A stretch of 60,751 nucleotides of DNA from a virus (Duplodnaviria; Caudoviricetes), in the IMG/VR virus record IMGVR_UViG_3300047552_001108, positions 1-60,751 of that record. The stretch is one strand, 5' to 3'. The notes under the pieces were generated by a model, which worked only from the letters and a program-made list of their open reading frames with translations, made no database searches and was not told the DNA's origin. The position numbers were made by a program, and so were the translations under genes. How positions within the stretch are numbered: position 1 is the stretch's first letter; the number at the start of each line of letters is the position of its first letter. Positions 8,900 to 17,042 of the stretch are shown here, piece by piece.

Positions 8900-9343
8900 T
8901 CAAACAAATGCGGTCAGGTCGGGCGCCTTGTAGTCCTTGCCCTTGCCGATCTTTCCGCCGGGGAGGATCACCGGGCGGCCGTCCTCCAGCTTCGAGTCGT
9001 TGGAGGCGAGGACCGCCTGATCGGCCGCGTCCTTGTCGAAGCCGCTCAGGTAGGCCACGCCGTTGATCGTCACCTCGACGTCGCACAGCGCATCGAGTGC
9101 GCCGACGCGATCCTCGTCGGTGATGATCACTTGGGCCTTGCCGCTCTTGAGCAGCGTGCCGGCGCGTTCCAGGGCCTCGATGGCGAGGTTGATCACGGCG
9201 CGGGTGCCTTGCTCTCTCCCGGACAGGTGTTCGAGGAACTCGGTGAATTCCTCAATCGCGCACCCGGCCTGGACCGTGATGTTGTCGCCTGGGACTTTCC
9301 CGCAGGCCTGCAGCCACGCTGCCGTTCGTTGGTAGTTCGTCAT
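8900..9343 (-). CDS. MazG-like all-alpha NTP pyrophosphohydrolase
   Basis: IEEFTEF, ALDALCD..V...G and V..SN.SK..DG.P.....GK..KG..Y..PDL motifs. Confidence 0.8.
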   Translation of the reverse strand: MTNYQRTAAWLQACGKVPGDNITVQAGCAIEEFTEFLEHLSGREQGTRAVINLAIEALERAGTLLKSGKAQVIITDEDRVGALDALCDVEVTINGVAYLSGFDKDAADQAVLASNDSKLEDGRPVILPGGKIGKGKDYKAPDLTAFV

Positions 9344-9552
9344 GACGCAACCACTCCGACGTTGCCCTTCATGGCCTGACGCGAGGCCAAAAACGTGGTG
9401 AGGATGCGTTCCTTTGGCGTCTGGTATCCGAACGCGACGTGCTTGCCGCTGCGCCGGAGGCTTTCGCTGGCCTCCCGCTGGCGCTGCAGGGTTCGCGTCT
9501 GCAGCACCTCCAACTCGTCAGGCGGCGCTTGATTCGGTGTCTTTTGGAACAT
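9340..9552 (-). CDS. Hypothetical protein
   Basis: Short ORF packed in the operon. Confidence 0.5.
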   Translation of the reverse strand: MFQKTPNQAPPDELEVLQTRTLQRQREASESLRRSGKHVAFGYQTPKERILTTFLASRQAMKGNVGVVAS

Positions 9553-9781
9553 GGTTGGTCTTTCTCGCCACGAGGGCGTCAACGCGTGCAAGCAGGGACT
9601 GCACGCGGCTGCTAAGTTCTGCCGTCACAAGGTCACCTGCGAACAGGTCACCTTGCGCCTTGCTGGCTATTGCTGCCGCACGAGCGTCGTGCGACTTGCG
9701 CATGCACACCGGCCCGATTCCAACCTGGGTCGAAAAAAGGCCTGTCAGCTTGCGGTTGCATCGGGTACAGCGGTCTATCAC
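9518..9781 (-). CDS. DUF6011-like zinc-finger protein
   Basis: CxxC-R-LT...S...GIGP.C signature. Confidence 0.7.
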   Translation of the reverse strand: MIDRCTRCNRKLTGLFSTQVGIGPVCMRKSHDARAAAIASKAQGDLFAGDLVTAELSSRVQSLLARVDALVARKTNHVPKDTESSAA

Positions 9782-10125
9782 TTCAGCTTCTTGAACATGG
9801 CCGCCAGGATCGGCTCGGGCTTGGGGACACGATGCTTCCGGCGGTAGTTGCGCATCATTTCGGCGTTGGTCTTACCGACAGGCCTCGGCGCGTCGGTCCC
9901 GCTGCCACCGGCATACACCGGGTGCCACGGGCCTTGCTTGTGCCTTCGCTCCCATCGGTCGATGTGAACCTCGCCGTGCTTGTGCAGGTACTTGAGGTAC
10001 TCGCGGACTCGGCGAATGTGCAAGTGCGCCACCTCCTCGGCATCGTGTGCCGAGAGTTCGCGGCCAGCCTCGAACGCTGCTCGCAGCCTGCGCATGTGGC
10101 TTGTTTTTGGGATGGGTACGGTCAT
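9778..10125 (-). CDS. Winged-helix-like DNA-binding protein, paralogue of 17043-17393
   Basis: LSA.......V..YL..L...G.V.I..W ... YA.G.G.DAPRP. Confidence 0.6.
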   Translation of the reverse strand: MTVPIPKTSHMRRLRAAFEAGRELSAHDAEEVAHLHIRRVREYLKYLHKHGEVHIDRWERRHKQGPWHPVYAGGSGTDAPRPVGKTNAEMMRNYRRKHRVPKPEPILAAMFKKLK

Positions 10126-10163
10126 GGCCCTCAACAGAAAAGCGTTGCTCCATGCTTACTCCT

Positions 10164-10319
10164 TCAGCACCGATAGCCGATGCAGAACAGAAACTTCGCC
10201 AGTCTGAATGCGGCACCGACAAAGACGATGCAGCCTGCCCAGATGGCGAACAGCAAAACGAAACTGGTGAGAAGACTGATCCAGTCCTCGGGGCCTGATC
10301 GCCCCCATTTCCTCTTCAT
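10164..10319 (-). CDS. Small membrane protein
   Basis: 51 aa with a long hydrophobic stretch; overlaps the upstream stop. Confidence 0.5.
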   Translation of the reverse strand: MKRKWGRSGPEDWISLLTSFVLLFAIWAGCIVFVGAAFRLAKFLFCIGYRC

Positions 10320-10660
10320 GCCGCAGCCTCCAACGATGCAAGGCGCCACACCGGCTGTGCCCGAGAGTGGCTTCTCGCGGACCGACTGGCGCGAAGTTGT
10401 CCGGTCTTTGCGATGAGGTTGCGCTTGCTCATAGCGAGGCAAACCGCACCCCAGGCGTTGGGCGATGGCGGTTCGTCGAGTCCCTGCCGGGTGGCGAACT
10501 CGCGCACTTCCTCGAACAACGCGCCGTCGTGGCCTGCGTTGGCGAAGAATCGCAGAGCGATCTGAACGGCTTTGTCGTGCCACTCTTGCCCCGCGTTCTT
10601 GAGTGCCTTCGCAGCGCCCTCGTCGCGCAGCTGGCGGCTGAAATCAAGCGTCTGCTGCAT
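10316..10660 (-). CDS. Hypothetical protein
   Basis: P.SPNAWGAV and S..SHSR...VW motifs seen in phage hypothetical proteins. Confidence 0.7.
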   Translation of the reverse strand: MQQTLDFSRQLRDEGAAKALKNAGQEWHDKAVQIALRFFANAGHDGALFEEVREFATRQGLDEPPSPNAWGAVCLAMSKRNLIAKTGQLRASRSARSHSRAQPVWRLASLEAAA

Positions 10661-10677
10661 GCCGCTTCACCCTGATC

Positions 10678-10995
10678 CTAGAACGGGATGTCGTCGTCCA
10701 TGTCATCGAACCCCGTGTTTCTCTTCTGCTGTGGCTTCGGGGCAGGAGAGGGGGGCGGGGCCGACGATCCACCGTTCTTCTCGCGCAGATCGAACTGCGA
10801 AAGGATCACCATTTCCTTGTTGTCCGGGTTCGGAACGCCTGCCGGGTTGAACGTCCGGTTGATGGTGATGAACTTCGAGCCGTCGTCCTTCTCGAAGATC
10901 GCCCCGCAGTTGACGTAGCGGTTCTTGGTGTTTCCCTCGCGGTCGGTGTACGAGCCGGTCTTCACCGCGAGGTCATAGATTTTCTTGGTTCCCAT
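10678..10995 (-). CDS. Single-stranded DNA-binding protein-like, with acidic DDIPF tail
   Basis: Y.D..G..K.R....G core, Pro-rich linker, C-terminal FDDMDDDIPF; AAGGAG RBS. Confidence 0.75.
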   Translation of the reverse strand: MGTKKIYDLAVKTGSYTDREGNTKNRYVNCGAIFEKDDGSKFITINRTFNPAGVPNPDNKEMVILSQFDLREKNGGSSAPPPSPAPKPQQKRNTGFDDMDDDIPF

Positions 10996-11245
10996 TCGTT
11001 TCTCCTTGTGGCTGGGGGGGCATGAGTTCTTGCGGCGGAACGCCGATGATTTCTGCGGCGCGGACCAGCATGTCGGCACGCATCATTCGCGCACCGGCCT
11101 CATGCCAGCGGATCGTGTTCACGGAGCAGTCGAGGCGGCGCGACAGTTCTTTCAGCCACACCCTTTGTCGGCGTCGGACCGTTCGAAACTGTGCGCCAAG
11201 CGCCGCCTCAATCTCACCCCGGGGTTCCAGTTTCGTCACCATCAT
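10973..11245 (-). CDS. XRE-family HTH regulator
   Basis: LG...R..R......LKELS.RL.CS.NTI...E.G.R......L...A..IGV....L. Confidence 0.75.
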   Translation of the reverse strand: MMVTKLEPRGEIEAALGAQFRTVRRRQRVWLKELSRRLDCSVNTIRWHEAGARMMRADMLVRAAEIIGVPPQELMPPQPQGETNGNQENL

Positions 11246-12002
11246 TTCCCTCGGTGGTAGTGCCCTGGTTGGGCGGGTTGGCCTTCGGCGCGTCCCCGGC
11301 GAACGCATCGAGTGCCGCTTTCGAACGACGCGGTTGCTCCTGCTTGCGCACGGGGGCCGCTGTCACGTCGATGATGTCTTGCGCCTCTTCGGCGAACGAG
11401 AGGCCGCGCAGCACGTCGGCGAAGCCGGCACGCAGCGTCCAGGCCCTCGCACGCATCTGCAGCATCCTGGCGCGGTATTGCTGCCACGGCCCGGACTTTC
11501 CGAGAAGGCCGGCAGCCTTCGCGTCCTCGTCGGTGAAGGTGTGCGAGATCGGCGATTCGATGCCGCGCCGCTTGGCGGTGCAGGTGTAGCCGGTGATCAC
11601 GCCGTTGTCGTTCTTGATCGGCTCTTCGCGGAAGTCGGTCATCAGGCCGGACGCCTGAACGATTGCGAGAGCGCCGTCGCCCCAGATGCTCGGGGTGCCG
11701 TTGATCACAGCGATGGACTGCAGCGCCGCGATGGGCGTGAGGCCGAGTTCGAGGCCGTGCATGATGCCCACCACGATCTTGCTCTCGTCGTAGGCGCCGT
11801 CTTTCTGGTACGACTTCGGCGCCCAGCCGGCAATGGAGATGGCCTTTGCCATCCTGAAGGTTTCCTCGATGCTCGTCGGGACGATGGCGCGAACGGCGCT
11901 GCCGGACATGAGTTGCGGCTTGGCGGGTGCAGGGTGGGCGACTTGCTGCTGCAGCGCTGCAGCGGGGCGGGCAGTTCCCGCGAGTTCGATGGTTTCACTC
12001 AT
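11214..12002 (-). CDS. recT: RecT/Bet-like single-strand annealing protein
   Basis: I..GLELGL.P..ALQSIAVING.PS.WGD, F...DAK.AGL..K.GPW.QY..RML..RAR...LR..F.DVL.G; downstream of YqaJ. Confidence 0.8.
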   Translation of the reverse strand: MSETIELAGTARPAAALQQQVAHPAPAKPQLMSGSAVRAIVPTSIEETFRMAKAISIAGWAPKSYQKDGAYDESKIVVGIMHGLELGLTPIAALQSIAVINGTPSIWGDGALAIVQASGLMTDFREEPIKNDNGVITGYTCTAKRRGIESPISHTFTDEDAKAAGLLGKSGPWQQYRARMLQMRARAWTLRAGFADVLRGLSFAEEAQDIIDVTAAPVRKQEQPRRSKAALDAFAGDAPKANPPNQGTTTEGNDGDETGTPG

Positions 12003-13018
12003 TTCGCTTCCTCGATCTTGGTGATGGTCAGGGCGCCCCGATACGTCAGTGCGGATTGGGTGCGTGCGGGGATCAGCTTTTCCTGGCGGGTGATGCTTGG
12101 CCACGATGCGCGGTAGCGCGAACCCTTGGCCTTGGTGGCGTCACCGAACAACTCCATCAGGCGACCCTTGAGGTTGGAAGCTCGAACATCCATGCGGTCC
12201 ATGTGGCGCTTCAGGCGTGCGTACTGGCCGCACAGCACCGAGAAACGTTCGTTGTCGGAGAGGTCCACCAACTTTCCCGACTCGCCCTCGGCAAGCAGCT
12301 TCGAGACTGTCTCGGCGTCGGCAACTCGATTGGGGGATACGCCGGACCTGACCGCAGCCCAAAACGCTGCGATGGCCTCTCCGATCTTCTGCTGCGACGC
12401 CTCGTGCCGTTCGATGCGGCCCCGATGCAGTTTGTTGCCGGCAACGCAGGCGACGATCCAGCCGTGGTCGGTGCCTGCAGCGCCGATCTGGTGCTGCAAC
12501 TGCAGCAGGTAGTTCATCGGCGGCAGCATGATTTCGCCGTCGTCGACCAACCACTTGTCGCGGAACACGACGAAGTCGACGTTCTTCAACTCGACCGGGA
12601 CTCGTGTGAGGCCGTCGCCGTGAAGTTCGTAGTCAAGGCTGGCGCCCCAACCGTCAATCGTGTCGTGCTGAAGGTAGCGGTGAACCTTGCGCAGCGGCCA
12701 TTCCCACTTCTGCTTGGACCACTCGGCGATTGCCGGCTCAAGGTGGATGCCCGCTTGGATGCGCTCGTTCTCGTCGAACGAATCGGGCATCAGTTGACCG
12801 GCCTTCTCCTGCCAGAGACGGTAGCCGGTCTTGTGCGGTGAGAGGCATTCGAGAAGGTGCCAATCTTCCGGCACCTCCTCGAACATGTGGCGGACGACCT
12901 CTTCGCCGTCCGTGGTGATCCAGCGGTAGAACAGGCTGGCAACTTCAGATCCACCGATGTGGCTTTCGCGGATTGAGTGCCACGCCGCCTCATCGGGTAT
13001 CGGTACGCTTCTCGGCAT
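11999..13018 (-). CDS. YqaJ / lambda-exonuclease family recombinase nuclease
   Basis: W...R...IGGSE.A, G..LEP.I, GASLD, ELKN and Y..QLQHQ motifs. Confidence 0.88.
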   Translation of the reverse strand: MPRSVPIPDEAAWHSIRESHIGGSEVASLFYRWITTDGEEVVRHMFEEVPEDWHLLECLSPHKTGYRLWQEKAGQLMPDSFDENERIQAGIHLEPAIAEWSKQKWEWPLRKVHRYLQHDTIDGWGASLDYELHGDGLTRVPVELKNVDFVVFRDKWLVDDGEIMLPPMNYLLQLQHQIGAAGTDHGWIVACVAGNKLHRGRIERHEASQQKIGEAIAAFWAAVRSGVSPNRVADAETVSKLLAEGESGKLVDLSDNERFSVLCGQYARLKRHMDRMDVRASNLKGRLMELFGDATKAKGSRYRASWPSITRQEKLIPARTQSALTYRGALTITKIEEAK

Positions 13019-13051
13019 CTGCTTCTCCTTTGTGTTTTGAACCGCAGGAGA

Positions 13052-13080
13052 AGTATGTCATGGCCGTGATAGCGATGCAA
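13052..13080 (-). promoter_or_regulatory. Leftward sigma70-like early promoter with overlapping 16-bp operator (13056-13071)
   Basis: TTGCAT-17 bp-CATACT on the minus strand; TGTCAT-GGCC-GTGATA; extra GTGATA half sites at 13098, 13130 and 13140. Confidence 0.7.
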
Positions 13081-13148
13081 GCTAAATGCTCAGTGTGGTG
13101 ATATTTCCTCCGTCAGAAGTTACATTCTGGTGATACCGCGTGATACTC

Positions 13149-13799
13149 TCAAGCCTGGGTGATCGAAAGCACCGGATGCGCCTCTACCACCTCGACGTTT
13201 TCCATCGGAGCGGCTCCCCAAGACAGCAGCGTGAACAGGCCTGCGGTCGATCCACGTCGAATCTCGCGCACGAGCGGCTGGGTTGCCCCGCGCACGCGCA
13301 CTACGCACAACTTGCCAAGAAGTTCATCAGGCGGCTTTGCTTCCGCCGAGAAGAACAACAGCCAATCAGCAGGGATAGGATGCAAACCATCGCCATCGAT
13401 GCGGGCTGCAACAGCGTCGACGCCTTGCGGCAGGCCAACTGGCCGGTCCACCGTGACGTTCTCATCCATCGGAAACAACCTTCCATAGATGCCCACGAGC
13501 CACCGCAGCGCGACTGCGCCTTTCCCCGTGGTTTGAGAGGCGCTCACGTCCTTCTTCCGCGCCTGGGGCGCGGCACGCCCGCCCACCAACTCATCGACGG
13601 ACACACCAGCCGCTCTTGCCAGCCTTTGCAGGCTGTCGTAGGTCAGGCTGTGAGAACGCCCCGCGATGAAGTTGTAGATGGTGCTGCTTCGAAGGCCTGC
13701 GGCCTTCGCCCAGGGATGGGGCTTGAGGCCCCGTGCGTCCATGAACGCTTGCAAAGCGTCCCGGGACACGACGCCCGGGGAGGCGTCTTTGATCGTCAT
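13149..13799 (-). CDS. CI-like repressor (HTH plus degenerate S24 domain)
   Basis: N-terminal HTH (WAKAAGL.SSTIYNFI.GRS..L....L.RLA.A.GVSV.EL). C-terminal S24-like fold with GDGL and LVREI at the usual GDSM and Lys positions. Confidence 0.75.
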   Translation of the reverse strand: MTIKDASPGVVSRDALQAFMDARGLKPHPWAKAAGLRSSTIYNFIAGRSHSLTYDSLQRLARAAGVSVDELVGGRAAPQARKKDVSASQTTGKGAVALRWLVGIYGRLFPMDENVTVDRPVGLPQGVDAVAARIDGDGLHPIPADWLLFFSAEAKPPDELLGKLCVVRVRGATQPLVREIRRGSTAGLFTLLSWGAAPMENVEVVEAHPVLSITQA

Positions 13800-13864
13800 G
13801 ATATGCGCTTCTCCTTTTGTCGAATTGGCCGCTCATCGTCGGCTTATGTTTTGTCCAACGTCGC

Positions 13865-14194
13865 ATGAAATACCCAGTCAGCAAGTACAACGCGGTCCCC
13901 ACTGTGGTGGACAACATCCGTTTTGCCTCCAAGCGTGAAGCGAACCGCTACTACGAACTTAAGGTGCTGCAGAAGGCCGGTGAAATCACGGACCTAAAGT
14001 GCCAGCCGCGCTTCCCGCTGGTGGTGCGCGGCACGAAGATCTGCACCTACGTGGCCGACTTCTCGTACCGGAACAAGTCCGGCGAACTGGTCGTGGAGGA
14101 TGTGAAAAGCAAACCTACCATGACCCCGGCCTTCCGCCTCAAGGCAAAGCTACTACAAGCCGTCGAGGGGATCACCGTCAGCGTGGTGATGTGA
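13865..14194 (+). CDS. DUF1064 family PD-(D/E)XK nuclease-like protein
   Basis: SKYNA..T.VD.I.F.SK.EA.RY..LK, QPRF.L, Y.ADF.Y and VEDVK motifs. Confidence 0.85.
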   Translation: MKYPVSKYNAVPTVVDNIRFASKREANRYYELKVLQKAGEITDLKCQPRFPLVVRGTKICTYVADFSYRNKSGELVVEDVKSKPTMTPAFRLKAKLLQAVEGITVSVVM

Positions 14195-14228
14195 CGCAGA
14201 TTTTCGGCGCGACCGGACCGCGCATCTC

Positions 14229-14273
14229 TTGCCTTCTCATCGGGACGGCCCTTATCCTGTCATTGCCGTGACA
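14229..14273 (+). promoter_or_regulatory. Rightward promoter for the replication genes with operator at 14258-14273
   Basis: TTGCCT-18 bp-TATCCT; TGTCAT-TGCC-GTGACA over the predicted start site. Confidence 0.55.
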
Positions 14274-14326
14274 ATGGCGCAGTCCCCGGGGTCGGTTTGC
14301 ACGCCGCCTCCGGGTGAAGCAACGAA

Positions 14327-14414
14327 GGTGTCCTTCGGTGAGGGGGACCGGGAGCCGTAAGGCCCGGACCCCCGCACCTTCCCGGGGGGTGCATCCCCCT
14401 CACCGAAGGGCACC
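14327..14414 (+). ncRNA. Structured leader: 21-bp stem enclosing two hairpins (three-way junction)
   Basis: 14327-14347 pairs with 14394-14414 (20 Watson-Crick pairs, one U.G). Inner hairpins are ccggg-a-gcc-GTAA-ggc-ccgg and gcaccttcccggggggtgc. Confidence 0.55.
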
Positions 14415-14428
14415 GAGGAAGGAAGCGA

Positions 14429-15232
14429 ATGCACCACTACCCCTTTCACATCGGCGACTACGTCGCCCACACCCGGCACCTTTCGCCGATTGAAGACCTC
14501 GCGTACCGGAGGTTGCTCGACGCCTACTATCTGCGCGAAGGTCCGCTGCCGAATGAGGTCGCCACCACCGCCCGCCTGATCGGCCTGCGCGACAACATTC
14601 CCGAGGTCGAGGCGGTGCTGCGCGAGTTTTTCGAGAGCACGCCGGATGGCTGGTTCAATGCCAGGGCCGAGCAGGAAATCGAGGCATACAGGGCCAAGCA
14701 CGAACAGGCGTCACGCGCCGGTAAAGCGTCCGCTGAACGTCGGGCCAGCAAGCGTGCAACTCCCGATGAAGGCGTGTTGAACGCCGGTTCAACGGATGTT
14801 CAACGACCGTTGAACGGACGTGCAACCAACCAGAACCAGAACCAGAACCAGAACCAAGAACCATCTCCCCCCAAGCCCCCCAAGGGGTCCGAGTTGTTCG
14901 ACGAGTTCTGGTCGGCCTATCCACGCAAGGTCGGCAAGGACGCCGCTCTCAAGGCGTTTGAGAAACGGAAGCCCGACCGGGAACTGTTGGGCCGGATGCT
15001 GACCGCCGTCGCGCTGCAGAAGCAGTCGCCAGGGTGGCTCAAGGACGGTGGCGAGTACATCCCGCACCCGGCCACTTGGCTGAACCAGGGCCGGTGGCAA
15101 GACGAGGCCCAGGCGGTGCCCGACCGGATGGCCGGATGGTCGTCGTATGCCCGCGAGCAGGCGTTGCGGCTGTTCCCTGACGGCAACATCCCGGCCGGCT
15201 ATGTGCCGTCAGGTAGCCCCGCAGGAGGTTGA
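14429..15232 (+). CDS. Replication initiator, DUF1376/YdaU family
   Basis: M.HYPFHIGDY...T.HLS..E..AYRRLLD.YY, NQNQNQ linker, and FDEFW.AYPRK.GK..A...F..YIPHPATWLN..RW.DE. Confidence 0.88.
   Translation: MHHYPFHIGDYVAHTRHLSPIEDLAYRRLLDAYYLREGPLPNEVATTARLIGLRDNIPEVEAVLREFFESTPDGWFNARAEQEIEAYRAKHEQASRAGKASAERRASKRATPDEGVLNAGSTDVQRPLNGRATNQNQNQNQNQEPSPPKPPKGSELFDEFWSAYPRKVGKDAALKAFEKRKPDRELLGRMLTAVALQKQSPGWLKDGGEYIPHPATWLNQGRWQDEAQAVPDRMAGWSSYAREQALRLFPDGNIPAGYVPSGSPAGG
14732..14862. repeat. Probable replication origin: iterons inside the initiator gene
   Basis: GTT(G/C)AACG at 14776, 14787, 14798 and 14809 (11-bp period), variants at 14732, 14754 and 14820, followed by (AACCAG)n. Confidence 0.65.
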
Positions 15233-15234
15233 GC

Positions 15235-15579
15235 GTGGAACTCGAATCGAAGCTGCGCGAGCACGGCATCGAGGCACGCAGAATGTCCCCGGGCAACCAG
15301 TACACGGTTTGCCCTCAGTGTTCGCCGACCCGCAAGGCGGCGAATCGTAAGAAGCCCTGCTTGTCGCTGGCGATTGGCCCGTGCCAGTTGGCGAACGGTG
15401 GGCACGTAGAAGACGGTGGGGCGGTGTGGCACTGCTCCCATTGCGGTTGGTCTGGAGGTTTGAAGCAGCATGGAAACGCAGTTGTCGGTGGCGCTCACCA
15501 AGGCGCTGGAAGATCGGGGTTTGGACGTGGAAATTTGCGCCCGAATGGGCCTCCACGTTTCGCCAAACGGTGGTGGTAA
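15235..15579 (+). CDS. Primase zinc-binding domain encoded as a separate ORF
   Basis: CPQCS..RK..NRK..CLS and WHCSHCGWSG motifs; AGGAGGT RBS before GTG 15235. Confidence 0.7.
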   Translation: MELESKLREHGIEARRMSPGNQYTVCPQCSPTRKAANRKKPCLSLAIGPCQLANGGHVEDGGAVWHCSHCGWSGGLKQHGNAVVGGAHQGAGRSGFGRGNLRPNGPPRFAKRWW

Positions 15580-16921
15580 CGTCCTGGCGATCCCGTACTT
15601 CCGGGATGGGGTGGTGGTGCGGCACAAGTTCCGCACGCTGACCGGCGACAAGAAGTTCTGGCAAGACGAGGGCGGGGTGAAGTGCCTCTGGAACGAGGAC
15701 TGCCTGCGCGATGACACCCTGGTGCAGATGCCGCTGATCATCACCGAGGGCGAGATGGACGCCCTGGCCGTGATCCAGGCCGGATTCATGCGCGTGGTGT
15801 CGGTGCCGGATGGGGCGCCCAAGGAGTCGATCACCGACCCGAACACGATCAAGTACTCCTACCTTGAGGGCGTCGTTCGGCCCCTGCTGGTGAAGGATCG
15901 CGTTCCCGAGATCATCCTGGCCGTCGACGGTGACGAGCCGGGTGCCAACCTGCTGCACGACCTGTCGGTGCGCCTGGGTCGCGCCCGGTGCAAGTTCGTG
16001 ACGTACCCCAAGCACCCGGAAAACCGCAACGTGCGGCTCAAGGACTTGAACGAGGTGCTGCAGCACTACGGGCCAAAGGGCGTGCAGGAGACGCTATCCC
16101 GGGCGCAGTGGCTGCGAGTGGACGGCGTGTACCGCATGAGCGAGTTGCCGCCGGTTCCGCCCTCGACGGTCTACGAGATCAACCTGCGTGGGATGGAGCA
16201 GCACTACAAGGTCCGCCTCGGGGATCTCGCGGTCTGGACGGGGATTCCTTCTCATGGGAAGTCGTCCCTGGTGAACGACGTGTGTTGCCGGCTTGCCTAC
16301 CACCACGGCATCGCCATCGCGTTTGCCTCATTTGAGCAGGCGCCGCAGCGCGATCACAAGCGCAACCTGCGGACGTGGTTCATGGGAAAGCCGACGAACC
16401 ACGCAGAAGAAACCGATCTGCGAAAGGCCGACGCATGGATCGACAAGCACTTTGCGTTCATGGTGCCCAGCGAGGACGACGACGTGTCGCTCGATTGGGT
16501 GTTGGACCGGATGGAGGCCGCCGTCGTCCAGTTCAATTGCAAGGTGATCGTCATCGACCCGTGGAACGAGATGGACCACGCTCGGGCGCCGGGTGAAAGC
16601 CTGACTGAGTACACGGGCCGCGCCATCAAGGCACTGAAGAGGTTTGCCAAGGCGTTTGACGTCCATGTAATCGTGGTGGCTCACCCGGCCAAGCAGCAGA
16701 AGGACGAGAAGGGCGAGTACCGCGTGCCGACGCTCTACGACATCAGCGACAGCGCCCACTGGTACAACAAGTGCGACCTGGGTGTCATCGTGCACAGGTT
16801 CGCGGACTATTCCCTGATCAAGGTCGCCAAGAGTCGCTACCACGACGAAATCGGCGTGCCTGGGGAGGTGAAGGCCACTTTCAAGTTCGAGGAACGCAAG
16901 TTCGAGTGCTGGGTCGTATAG
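15470..16921 (+). CDS. TOPRIM primase + SF4 helicase (T7 gp4/Twinkle-like), lacking the zinc-binding domain
   Basis: IITEGEMDAL, SVPDGA, AVDGDEPG, KDLNE, Walker A TGIPSHGKS, VIDPWN, VVAHP and YDISDSAHW; own GGAGGT RBS. Confidence 0.9.
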   Translation: METQLSVALTKALEDRGLDVEICARMGLHVSPNGGGNVLAIPYFRDGVVVRHKFRTLTGDKKFWQDEGGVKCLWNEDCLRDDTLVQMPLIITEGEMDALAVIQAGFMRVVSVPDGAPKESITDPNTIKYSYLEGVVRPLLVKDRVPEIILAVDGDEPGANLLHDLSVRLGRARCKFVTYPKHPENRNVRLKDLNEVLQHYGPKGVQETLSRAQWLRVDGVYRMSELPPVPPSTVYEINLRGMEQHYKVRLGDLAVWTGIPSHGKSSLVNDVCCRLAYHHGIAIAFASFEQAPQRDHKRNLRTWFMGKPTNHAEETDLRKADAWIDKHFAFMVPSEDDDVSLDWVLDRMEAAVVQFNCKVIVIDPWNEMDHARAPGESLTEYTGRAIKALKRFAKAFDVHVIVVAHPAKQQKDEKGEYRVPTLYDISDSAHWYNKCDLGVIVHRFADYSLIKVAKSRYHDEIGVPGEVKATFKFEERKFECWVV

Positions 16922-16963
16922 GATTCGGCCACCGGCGCTGCCGGTTCCTTAGACGGTTGATTT

Positions 16964-16990
16964 CCCCGGCCTCGTGCCGGGGTTTCTTTT
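16964..16990 (+). terminator. Intrinsic terminator ending the replication operon
   Basis: CCCCGGC-ctcgt-GCCGGGG-TTTCTTTT. Confidence 0.85.
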
Positions 16991-16994
16991 GGGC

Positions 16995-17020
16995 AAAAGA
17001 AAAGGCCCCGCGTGGGGGCC
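16995..17020 (-). terminator. Intrinsic terminator ending the leftward island
   Basis: Minus strand GGCCCC-cacgc-GGGGCC-TTTTCTTTT. Confidence 0.85.
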
Positions 17021-17042
17021 GTGTTGGGCGCGTGTGGCTCGA

